Assembly: GCA_965649765.1 (NCBI GenBank)
Contig: OZ287752.1
Coordinates: 46,996,001-47,060,000, forward strand
DNA length: 64,000 bases
Direction: 5' to 3'
From: Bispira polyomma
Taxonomy: Eukaryota
Position 1 is the stretch's first letter; every line of letters starts with the position of its first letter. The translations under genes and the position numbers were made by a program. Below are positions 22,101 through 31,669 of the stretch, piece by piece. A model generated the notes under the pieces. The model was given only the letters and a program-made list of their open reading frames with translations, made no database searches and had not been told where the DNA came from.

Positions 22101-24091
22101 CAGTTGTCTGTTGTCTATTAATCTAGCAATGAATTTGTTTCAGATTTCCCCAGTTAATCGTGAGAATCTACCCAACTTGTACAGAGACTATCCACGTGAT
22201 ATGGATGACCTAGTTGCCCTCTCCGACTATGTCACCATACAAGCGAATATTCCCACTACTTTCAAAAGAGCGGTGACAGTAAAGTTGCCCCTTCCTCTGC
22301 TGGATACAGACCATTTTGACGAGGAGGATATGGCTGTGGTTTCCATGACAACAGAAGGATGGCAGCTGCTCGACAGCCCACTCAAGTTTACCAAGTCTGC
22401 GGTGATGTTTGATACAAAAGTGCTATCAAAGTAAACTCAATATAATAATGTACTCCTTCATACAGCTTGTTTCCAAATAGGATTGAGTGCACTGCATGTG
22501 TAGAATAATAAATGGGGGAATATTATGAATTTCCTGCCCATGAATTCACTTCCATAAAAGGATTTATAGATAAATATTTATTTAAAATATTAATATCAAT
22601 ACTATAGGATACAGCACCACTAATGATTATTAAATTTGCAAAATATTTGTACACTGAAATACAAATTCACTTTTTTAAGAGCTATAAATATATACAGATA
22701 TCTTCAATTGTATTATCAAAAGAAAAACGCATAATCATTTTGACTAATATCAACTACTTTTAATTTTTGTCTAGATATTGCGTTGCTCTGTCAAAACCAA
22801 AAAGAAAAAGGAGATTGGTGAATTCTTTCAAGCATCTTCAAGAAGAGGAAGATTCCAGAAGGGGTAAGATTTTGGCCTTTCTCCATCTACAAGAAAAACT
22901 GTGGACTCTTTGGGTTGAAGTTTCCAAAGAAGATGATGTAAAACACTGCATACAAAAACGAGAAGAGCAAGGATTTCGAAAGATTCAAGTGGTTGACGTT
23001 CCACTGGTTGAAGAAAAAGTACCTTTTAGACGCAACTGGAAGACCCAAAAAACTGAAGCTGCTGTGGACAAACCAAAACGTGATGGTGTTGACCTTATCG
23101 AAGGCCAAGTATTTGAGTTTGATCTGTCTGGTGACATCAAATTGTGTTCGGAAAGTTCTGTGAATTCTTTCCTAGGTGTGCACTATCATGATCGACTTAA
23201 AGAAAACTATAAAAGAGTGTTCGTTGAACCTATTGCTAATGGTGGGGAGAAGTCTGGAGACCTGAGTGGTAGACTCCTGGTACACAGAACTGATCCCATC
23301 ACAGAGGAGAAGACCTGCAGCCAAGTCTTTGAGATGTGTGTGTCTGGTGAGGAGGTGGAGACTTACTTCTACATACGTCCACCCACACCAGAACCTGAGC
23401 CACAACCAGAACCACAAGCAGAAGCTCTGGTGGATGAGGTAGCAGTCACACCCAGGGTGGCCACCAGTAGGCCACCCACTGCATCCTTTTTAAGACTCAT
23501 CACTCCCATCAAACCACCACGCAAAGGTAAGACATCTGCAACAGAGATAAAGAATAGGAGGAATAACATCTATCTTCAAGTCATATCAATATGCTATAAA
23601 TGAAATAACATTAAAATTTTTTAAGCCGATAAATTATTTTATGTTGTAAAACATATTAGATATGAAATGTACTTTTACATACTTTTGTTTTTACAGTACA
23701 AAAGGAGGCCAAAGTTCTGACTGGAAAAAGTCTTACGTGTCTTGCAAGAGAGATAGAGCAAGGATTAACACTGGCAATTCATTTAGATATATCAGATTCT
23801 ACAATCACAGGCATGGGCTTTGATGCTCTGGCTAATGGATTGAATTTAAAAGACATTACCTACAGAATATTATTGATGTGGAAGAGGAAAACAAACAGGT
23901 TTAAAGACAGACAGGTTGACTTGCTGATCAGTGCTCTCCAGGAAATGGGCAGAAATGATGTGGCTACTATTGTGAGTGACAGCCACAAACAAAATAAAGA
24001 ACTGACCCCAGCTTCCTTTGAAATGCCATTGTTTACCAGTGATATCATTATAAATGGATTACCACAAAAAGCAAGTGATGTAATATTATGA
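13008..24091 (+). CDS. DTHD1: ZU5-like/death-domain protein (DTHD1-like), 8 coding exons, predicted 718 aa: 13008-13105, 14511-14612, 19358-19516, 19772-19949, 20218-20403, 22144-22430, 22775-23526, 23697-24091
   Basis: All introns are GT-AG, intron phases match (2,2,2,0,0,2,1) and the total is 2157 nt. ZU5-like segments GGRLSVPAG...EHLLSEV and VSVRFP...ALSDYVTI...FKRAVTVKLPLP. C-terminal death domain SLTCLAREI...LAIHLDI...ILLMWKRK...LISALQEMGRNDVA. AATAAA at ~24256. Exons 1-2 are less certain than exons 3-8, and orthology to DTHD1 is inferred from domain architecture. Confidence 0.8.
13175..14025. repeat. 31-bp minisatellite (AGTAGTTGTAGTGTGGTCAGTTGTGTATATA), ~24 copies, in predicted intron 1
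   Basis: Direct reading of the array. It is interrupted at ~13693-13735 by a copy of its own right flank. Confidence 0.95.
14511..14612 (+). CDS. DTHD1-like exon 2 (VVKVTDPDKGASIKKKSKASEQRMIRHIGEDPS)
   Basis: Acceptor TTATTACAG| and donor CAG|GTGGGT; phase 2 at both ends. Confidence 0.65.
14591..15347. repeat. 39-41 bp minisatellite (ATATAGGGGAGGACCC(C)TCCAGGTGGGTGGTATTACTGAT), ~19 copies, spanning the exon 2 donor
   Basis: Direct reading. Internal ~238-bp block duplication; the last five units are a homogenised GAGCCCTCCTGG variant. Confidence 0.95.
15455..16660 (+). mobile_element. Degenerate non-LTR retrotransposon RT fragment (clade not determined)
   Basis: STTQCTLILNGVIQYY, FLDASKAFDRVHYV, KLKESGLGYHI and GAVGYADD motifs with stops and frameshifts. 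Interrupted by a SINE-like insert. Confidence 0.8.
15805..16047 (-). mobile_element. 5'-truncated SINE-like insertion within the LINE
   Basis: GC-richer block that splits the RT between GYHI and GAVGYADD. Its minus-strand 3' end is GCGCTTT...AAAGCGCGTTAAAAATGC(ATA)n, an L2-like tail. Confidence 0.6.
17756..18480. repeat. 28-bp minisatellite (TGTGTACATGTATTGACTATGTAATGAC), ~20 copies, interrupted by a SINE
   Basis: Period of 28 read directly. The array resumes for one unit at ~18446-18480. Confidence 0.9.
18296..18445 (+). mobile_element. tRNA-derived SINE 5' portion
   Basis: A-box-like TGACCTAGTGG (~18307) and B-box GGTTCAACACC (~18352) at tRNA spacing, followed by a CORE-like CTTGAGAGCAAGATGTGAACAC. 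No intact cloverleaf. Confidence 0.6.
19358..19516 (+). CDS. DTHD1-like exon 3 (start of ZU5-like region)
   Basis: TTTTCAG| ... CAG|GTAGTC; encodes LIAELTPGKKGGDYELPFGGRLSVPAGLLGKKDVVTCC... Confidence 0.85.
19772..19949 (+). CDS. DTHD1-like exon 4
   Basis: TTTCAG| ... AGT|GTACGT; open frame NNEHLLSEVFLL...LKLPYY...DGEDW. Confidence 0.85.
20218..20403 (+). CDS. DTHD1-like exon 5
   Basis: TTTTACAG| ... GTG|GTGGGT; encodes KKGRFVEFPVDSGGIFVVISKP...VSVRFPKKA. Confidence 0.85.
22144..22430 (+). CDS. DTHD1-like exon 6
   Basis: TTGTTTCAG| ... AAA|GTAAAC; lies inside ORF 22111-22434. Confidence 0.88.
22775..23526 (+). CDS. DTHD1-like exon 7
   Basis: TTTTGTCTAG| ... AAG|GTAAGA; lies inside the 278-aa ORF 22767-23603. 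Confidence 0.88.
23697..24091 (+). CDS. DTHD1-like terminal exon (death domain)
   Basis: TTTTACAG|, phase 1; helical death-domain pattern with the conserved LLxW and L..AL...GR.D.A; TGA stop. Confidence 0.9.
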
Positions 24092-24730
24092 ACTCTTGAC
24101 CTGAACAACACAACTTAAAGGCAATGCACATATCATGTCTGAACTAAAAATGGTGTATAGACATCAATTAAAAAGTTAACTTTGTATTAGAATATTATAA
24201 GTATTTGAACTATAATAACAGCTGTATTATATATATTTCGCCTCTGTTAACAGTCAATAAATAAATATTGTATATGATAAACACTTCCTCCTAAATAGGA
24301 GATTTTAGAAGGCAGTCAAATTAATCTTTACTAATTCTTTACTAAGACTTGTTGACTTAAACCTCTGTTAATTTATACTCAGCGTTACATCTTATCGTTC
24401 ATTAAACCACAACAGAATATCACTGATGACAATTTGTAAAGGTACATAACGCCTGAAAAGCCTGTTAAGATTAGCCTAAAACTCAAATACTTATTCTATT
24501 TCTACTTAAGGTTACAATAACACATACAATCTGTATATATAAAACAATGATATAAAATTTGCTAGACTAGTTATAAATGAAACATAAATAGGCCCATAAA
24601 TTGTTATTAGGTGAACAATATAATATTTTAGAATAGAATAGCCTGTGGAATGCTAGGAATGAAAGGCTGTAACCTAATATAGGAAAGTATCAATGGGGAA
24701 ACTCAAACAGTACAACATTAAAATAGTAAT

Positions 24731-24900
24731 TGCACGGAATTCTAAGTGGCAAAGTCCTACATGAGGATGTTATTAGGTCCTAAAGTTATACTAAAACATT
24801 TAATAGTCCATAATGTCCATAATGCACGGAATTCTAAGTGGCAAAGTCCTACATGAGGATGTATTTAGGTCCTAAAGTTATACTAAAACATTTAATAGTC
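24731..24900. repeat. Tandem duplication, 78-bp unit with period 92
   Basis: TGCACGGAATTCTAAGTGGCAAAGTCCTACATGAGGATGT...AAAACATTTAATAGTC occurs at 24731 and 24823. Confidence 0.92.
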
Positions 24901-25639
24901 AACAATAACATAAGGATGAAGCTACAAATTTGAAAAAGTTACAGTTATACTTAAAAACAAAGTAATGCAAAGGGAATAAAATATAACTTGATTAGACTAG
25001 AGGTCATACTATAGTTACAGACTTTTAAGGGGGAAAAACTGAGCAAATAAGGCCACAAAATCCGGAAGCAGCAGGTTAGACACTCATAAACCAATATAGT
25101 CTCAAAATGAAGCTGTATTGAGACCTGCCCTACAGATGTGTTGCACATTTAAGATAAACATAGACATAAACAAGTGTCCCATATTTCGCCTATACCTGAG
25201 AGGCAAGCAACTTAGTACATAATGTTAGCGGGTTGATAGAAAGTACCACCAAGTGCATATAAAAACCAGCAACCCTGCACTTTTGACTGGGATTTATTGT
25301 TTTTAAAGAAGGAAAATATTCTATTTACAAAAATTGTAGCATGAATGACACATTTGTGAGAAAGTAGAAAGCTGAGCGAGTAATGATTAAAAGGTTCTTC
25401 TAGACATACCTTGGTGCGGGGTCTCGTGTCAATTCCTAAACCCGGATTGACTTCAACACCTAGACGCAATACTGGGGCCATTACATCATGTTTAAATTCA
25501 CAGGTGTTTGACAGCAGGTTGGAAGAAGGACAAAGTCATACTCTTGGAAACAACATGCCTGAGACACCTTATCAGATGGTGATACACACAAATCAACAGT
25601 CCATTCAAACTCAACTCTTGTCATAGCCAGTGTGCACAT

Positions 25640-26365
25640 CAATCACACTCCGTCATCAGCTGGCTCCAACTTTACATATGGGTATAATTTTGCTGTGTAG
25701 AACTTGTATTTGTGTTGACCTTGTGGCTGACTAGGACTATTCATATGGGTATATTTTGATGTGTTGACCAAACAGTTCTGCCTTCTCCTTCCATCCATTT
25801 GCTGTACTTGGGCATAGTACCTTTTCTCAGTAGACCTCAATGCCCAGATTTTTAACAGATCCAAACTGAAGGATATAATAAAGGACAATCAACTTCCCCC
25901 AGCCCTGAAACCATTCGCCTAGTCAAAGCCCCTGTTTCCTACTTCATTCTGGGAGATGACGCGTTTGCCCTATAGACATGGTTGATGAAACCCTACTCCT
26001 GACAGGGGATGGATATGGATAAAAGGTTATACAATTATAGGATCTCCAGAGGCCGAAGGGTGGTTGAAAATACACATTTTGGATTTTAGTCCAGAGATTC
26101 CGGCTGCTTCTGTGAAAGATGCAGCAGGAACCACCAGTGGTGGCCACCATAGTTTTAGCATGTATAAATTGTATTTAGCAGCTATAAATGTGGCTAATCA
26201 AGGTAATCCAGAAGATGAGCCACTTGTCCCACCGATAGCAGCACATGTTGGAGGACACAACCCACCTAACTGTAGAAATCCTAGCAGGGCGGCAAAAGAA
26301 CAGAAGGAGCTACTTATGCAATATTTCACCAATGAGGGGCAGTGCTCTGGCAAAACGAGTTTGAG
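25640..26365 (+). mobile_element. PIF/Harbinger transposase C-terminal pseudogene
   Basis: AQIFNRSKLKDII, YFILGDDAFAL*TWLMKPYS, YNYRISRGRRVVEN and AAKEQKELLMQYFTNEG motifs, frameshifted. No TIR found. Confidence 0.88.
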
Positions 26366-27401
26366 CCTACACCTGGGCCTGAGCCTGAGCCCTTTTCTGG
26401 GCCATCCAAAACATCCAAAAACAATGTTTGAGCTGTTGTTAAAAAACAACATAAAATTCCCTCATGACAAGAAGCATACTGCCCCAACAAATAACTTGTC
26501 ACACATACAAACAAAAAAATACTTCCCCACACAGAGACATAACTTTAAAGTCCAACCCCAGGGTGCCTGAGAAAAAAAAACACCTCTATTTAAACAAGAG
26601 CCCCACTTACAAGTATATTTAAAATTCAAATCTTACTGGTTCCACATAAAGGGGACTTGACTTAACAGAGTTCTACTTATGGGGGTTTCCACAAAAAGGG
26701 GACTTGACTTAACATAGTTTAACTTAGGGGGTTTTCCACACATTTCCCCGGCAACAGGTCAAAGGATAGGAGGTCAAGAAGACAGGTAGGTAAAAGCAGA
26801 ATGGGCTAAATTTATTTATTAGACTAAGGTTAGCAACTACTATATACAGAAAGTGACTTAAGGTCACCTTAAAATAACTTAATTGAAAAACTTCAAGGTG
26901 ACTTAAGGTCACCTAAGGTGAAGAAAGAATTAGTGGAAAATAAATAAATTTAGATAAGGTCACCTTACCTAAAGTTAAATGTTCATATTCAGAAACCTGA
27001 ACCCAGGCGGTTCAGGAGTAAGGTGAACTTAATTCCAAAGCAATTAATTTTAAAGAATTTTAGTGAAGTTAAACTACCTTAAGTAAACAGTTACTGTGGT
27101 GCAGGATAATTAAGAGCAAGTATTATAATTAAACAAGTGCTACTGTACTGTAGCGCTGAAGCATTAATTACAGTTAATTACAGCATGTAGTTAACAATAT
27201 GCGATTACATGATACTGTTAATGCTACCACTAACAAAATATAATTTGCCTTGGCAACTGCAATTACATAATACTGTTCTGCAATTATAATTACGTAATAC
27301 AGTTATACTTAAGAGAAGTTAAGCAAAAACAAAGATAATTGTTATATAGAAGGTATAAGCAATGTTAACGTATAAGCAGCCAAACCCCAATAGAGTAGGA
27401 G

Positions 27402-28392
27402 TTAGGTAGCAGAAGGTAGTGAAAGATTTTTCCTAAAAGAATTGGCCACCTCCTGGCCCCCTTGTACTGTATCAGTGACGTACCTCCACACGCAGTCCGA
27501 CGTCCAGGTGCCATGGTTTTGGATATTCTGTATGCTGACATTCTGGTTAAAAGCAAAGGTGGCACCCGAACGACGGAAAGCGTGGAAGGTAAGTCCAGAA
27601 TTGTGTAATTTAAGTCGAAGTAGAATATGTTTAAAGTGTCGTCGCACCTTGGAATCCGTAAGTGGTTGCCAAAGAGTATTAACTTTAACTTGAAACAAGG
27701 GTAAGTTAGGCCCAGAGGGAGCAAGTTTCATCATGGCCTCCAGTGATTCAACTGGACATAGCATTGAGCCAGGTAGCCTAGGAATGGTTAAGAGTTTAAT
27801 TTGGTTATTGGTCTTATTTTCTTAGACCACTTTACAAGCACCACAGCTTTGTCTGGGTGAAAAATAATATCAGCCCTGGCTAGATGCCTAAAGGGAGAAA
27901 ATTTTGAGCCAGAGTGGGGAACTAAATTCGACAATCGAAGAAAGGAGAAGAAACTGAGCAGATAAACTGCTTTGAAAACGAGTCCCATATAAGTAGAATG
28001 ACACACAGAGACAATGTTTTTGAGAGTATTGATATCAATGATCTTTTTGAGTTGAACATTAAGAGGTGCAGATAGTTGGACAGATATTTGATAATAGGCT
28101 AACCGAGGATCACTGAAGGCCTGTATGTTCACATTGTGTACTATGGATTCAGTTCTGATAGCAGACAGATAATTGGCCATATATGCAGGCTTAACTGAAT
28201 TAAAATGCAATACTTCTAAAAAGCCAAGTAAATGGGCTGCAGTCACCTGGTTGGCAGGCCAATCCATGAACACTGTGAAGGCCAGGTATAGTCGATACAT
28301 GGCTCTGTATGATCTGGCAGTGGACCTGTAGAAGGCCAGGTGTAGCTTTTTGGTAGCATTTAGGTACAGTTGCTTTTGCAATGGATTGTTAT
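27402..28392 (-). pseudogene. Tyrosine recombinase (frameshift at ~27815 splits it into ORFs 27788-28381 and 27402-27764)
   Basis: Catalytic residues are visible: SFLRLSNL (R), KWSK, TFHAFRRSGAT (HxxR), HGTWTSD (W), VWRY (Y). The second frame reads KTNNQIKLLTIPRLPGSMLCP. Confidence 0.92.
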
Positions 28393-28463
28393 CTGTAACA
28401 CAAAAATTTTACGAGGAAAAAACTGGTGTATATTAATAGTATTATCTAGTACTAAGGTGTATA

Positions 28464-29732
28464 TTAAATAGTATTATCTAGTACTAATATTTGCTGAGAC
28501 ACAGGGCACCAGTCGGCTTCACCTACAAGTTTATGTAACTGAGCATGATCATGAGGCGAGTTCCTCCATCGGGACAGCAGGTCTGCAGTGACATTGTGGT
28601 CCCCTAAGATGTGTATAACCTGTAATTGAATATCGTACTGGCTGGCCAACATAAAGATGTTGCGAGAATATAACGCCAGTGTCTCGTCTCGCGTTCTGCC
28701 ATGAGTGAGCACACTGACCACTGTCTGATTGTCACACTTAATGAGAACTTTTTGGGCATGCCACAAAGGCCCCCAAAGTTTAAGAGCAACATATATGTTC
28801 AGCATTTCTAGTGAAGCAATATTGAGATTCTGTAATTTAACGGGTATGGCTAAAGTGTACACTTTTTGTCCAAACACTCCCCCCATGCCTGTTAGGCAGG
28901 CATCCAATTCTACGGTGGCCGTGATGGGGCTATAGTGAAAAAATGAGACACCATTAAATTCTTTGAGGAATGATCTAAACCAATTCAAGTCTTTGGAAAA
29001 TTCCTTTGTAATTTTGAAATTTTTCTCTTTATAATTGCTTCTAAGAAGATGCAGCATACGGTTCAAGAAAAATCTTGCATATTTAACACATTTTGAAACG
29101 TACAGAAGGGAACCCAGTAGACACTGGAGTTCTCTTTTCGTACAATGCTTTTTCCCAACCCACTTGTCACACATGGCCTGGATACTAAGCAACTTTTCCT
29201 CTGGAATAGAGGTGGTGAACTCAACCATATTAATGACTATACCAAGACACGTTACAATGGTGGCAGGTGGAACCAACTTCTTCTCACTCAAGGTCAAACC
29301 TAGCTCCCCCAGAAGAGCCTGTAACCGGTGGTATATTTTATATATTTTCGACGGAATTGAGCAACAAAGGAGATCGTCTATATAGTTGATAATATGATGA
29401 CCTTCACCTTTCATGATGTACCTCACACCATCAGAAATTCCTTGAAAAATGGCGGAGCCGTGTTTGTAGCCGAAGGGGAGCGAACCGTCCACGTAATAAC
29501 CTTTCCAATATAGGCCTAACAAGTTGAGTTCCCTGGGGTCCATAGGCACGTGTCTAAATGCCCGACTAATGTCTGCCTTGAATATCAGTGACCCCCTGCC
29601 CATCTCAAGTACCTGGTCGGTGATAGTATCTATGGACGGGTAAGTTAACAAGAAGTCCTTTTCTAGGTAAGAATTAGAACACACGGCAGCATTAACTGAA
29701 TGGCTCTCGGGCCAGCTGAGATCAATTATCAC
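28464..29732 (-). CDS. Reverse transcriptase + RNase H of the YR retrotransposon (open 422-codon part of a broken pol)
   Basis: RT motifs FKADISRAF, LPFG, YIDD and CLGI. RNase H motifs LDAC, SLEMLN, KCDN and NVTADLLSR. Upstream PFMTRDKSS*KNRR has an in-frame stop. Confidence 0.93.
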   Translation of the reverse strand: MIIDLSWPESHSVNAAVCSNSYLEKDFLLTYPSIDTITDQVLEMGRGSLIFKADISRAFRHVPMDPRELNLLGLYWKGYYVDGSLPFGYKHGSAIFQGISDGVRYIMKGEGHHIINYIDDLLCCSIPSKIYKIYHRLQALLGELGLTLSEKKLVPPATIVTCLGIVINMVEFTTSIPEEKLLSIQAMCDKWVGKKHCTKRELQCLLGSLLYVSKCVKYARFFLNRMLHLLRSNYKEKNFKITKEFSKDLNWFRSFLKEFNGVSFFHYSPITATVELDACLTGMGGVFGQKVYTLAIPVKLQNLNIASLEMLNIYVALKLWGPLWHAQKVLIKCDNQTVVSVLTHGRTRDETLALYSRNIFMLASQYDIQLQVIHILGDHNVTADLLSRWRNSPHDHAQLHKLVGEADWCPVSQQILVLDNTI

Positions 29733-29779
29733 ACGTCGATTTTTTTAACTCGACTTGTCGCGAGTCATGAAAGGGGAAG

Positions 29780-30749
29780 ATCTGGAGACCCCTGTAATTT
29801 GGTCTGCTGTCCTGTTTTAAATACTGGTGGAGTACTAACACATCTTTACATGTTTGTTTCGAGGAATCATCTAAAACCTTTTCTCCCCAGGAATAAAGCC
29901 AAATTTCATACTATTCTGCAGGTCCCACAACTTGAAGGTATCACACTTTTTCGCATCATTGAGTTTTGCACGTTTATCCAACGACCGACACGCGTCAAGT
30001 ACATATTTATCATCAGACAGATCAGTGCCAACATTTACAAGTCCCCTTTTGGAATCTGACACCTTATTCTTAACTGTGCCTGTTTTGCTACGGTGAGGAC
30101 CCCACACACAACAGGGAGTTTCTACACAATCAATCAATTTAGATTCATTGTTCCCTTCCCCACACTGTGTACCCAACACCCCAAACTTGTTGGTAAGTGT
30201 TAATTGGAATTCTTTGTTGGCATTGCTCGTGTCTGCCCCCCCTCTTTTTGATGATGCGTTGACACTGTGGCCTTTTGTGGAGAGATTAAATCCCTTGGAC
30301 ACTTTAATTGAATTTCTTGTGACATTTTGTTCACACTCGAAACTACAGTCCCCATAGGCTCTATTGTGCCTGGGTGCATGGGTCTTACTGGAATAGTTCA
30401 CTGAGTCACGTTTCCCCCCACTCTGGTTTCTCTCGAGAGGTTGTTTAATTTTACCAATTCTGTTTTTAACACAGCTCTGTGCAATTACACGTTTTCTAAT
30501 TTCGCCCACTACGGCAGCATTAAATTTTTTCCCATTTTCTATGCTGGATCTGGCTGCAGAGCCCTTCACCAGTACGGCTTTGTATGACAGACACATAGTT
30601 GATTTAGCACAAGAATAGTTTTTAAAACACACATCAGACAACAATTTAAAATCCTTGAACTTAGTATTATATACAACTCGACTATACACTGAATTACCCA
30701 CTGCATCACGGCAGTGGGTCCTTAGTTTTTTTACCCCTTTTTTGGGCAC
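29780..30749 (-). pseudogene. N-terminal part of pol (overlaps the gag 3' end), frameshifted and deleted
   Basis: 292-aa basic ORF ending KLWDLQNSMKFGFIP. It continues in another frame as LHQYLKQDSRPNYRGLQI and then jumps directly to SPFMTRDK. Confidence 0.7.
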
Positions 30750-31669
30750 AATTTTGTCTGATGGCTGCCATCACACAACTCACAACAATGTTTGAACAAT
30801 TGGCCTGATGTTCGATGATTACCATTAAATTTACAGGTACCCTCCTGATAAAATTGACATATAACTCCTTGTGTCTTGCTTGTTATTTTTGCCTTATTAA
30901 CAGGACCTGACTTGGAACTACCCGAGCTACTTGCACTACCCGGTATATGACGTTGAGCATGAGCTCGACGGATACGGTCCACCTTATCTACGTCAGTCCA
31001 CTGGAGGCGATCTAGCTCCATATTAGTCAATAGGATGGCATGTGAGGCCTTAGCTGCCTCCCACGAAAAATCGTGCGCGTCATCTATGAGATTCGCTAGA
31101 TACTCGAGCATGGCTTCCTTAATCTCAGGGAACTTCTGTTCTTGTACACATCTGATAAACCCGGAAGTGAACTGTACTAAGGTCAAGTCATCATACGTGG
31201 GTCGAGTTTTTTTAGCACCTGACAACACAAAATTTTGGGGCCAGTCGACTGCCTTTTTAATAGGGGCATCAGTCCCTCCTCTCTGGGATTTTAGTTTACC
31301 TGCTCCGGTCAACTGGTTGAGTTGCTGGAGCTGCAATAGCCGTTGGTCTACTTGCCTTTGTAAGTTCTCGTTGAATCGTAAATACTCTAGCGACGGAACC
31401 ACTGATTCCACAACTGGTACGACCCCACTAGGGACTGCACTTGAAACTACATAACGTAACCTTTACTCATTGATCCATACTGTCCATTTTGTGGTTAAGT
31501 GCTTGTAGTTGTTGAAGGATCCAGTCAGACACAGAATCAGACCCACCAGTAATGGACTCAATGGTGGTTACATCCTCGGCGACACTAGCCACAAATTGAC
31601 ACCTTTTGCCAACAGGTCGTTCATGTTTTCCCATGCAAGCATTACACTGGTATTCCTCTTAGGAGGCAT
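30731..31669 (-). CDS. Gag-like protein with C-terminal zinc fingers (open part 30731-31411; probable original start MPPKR at ~31669, now disrupted)
   Basis: KLKSQRGG, WPQNFV, RPTYDDL, FSWEAAKASHA, CQFYQEGTCKFNGNH and HCCELCDGSHQTKLC. Lies upstream of the RT. Confidence 0.85.

Noticed and set aside
22887-24111. Antisense ORFs over DTHD1-like exons (and similar ones over the Tctex, RT, gag and GPCR genes)
   Set aside because: Shadows of real coding sequence with no independent features.
26064-26570. 168-aa ORF as an independent gene
   Set aside because: Non-ATG start; a frameshifted Harbinger C-terminus reading through into low-complexity flank.
27402-28392. Phage integrase or bacterial contamination
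   Set aside because: The tyrosine recombinase is linked to gag and RT/RNaseH in retrotransposon order and lies amid intron-containing genes.
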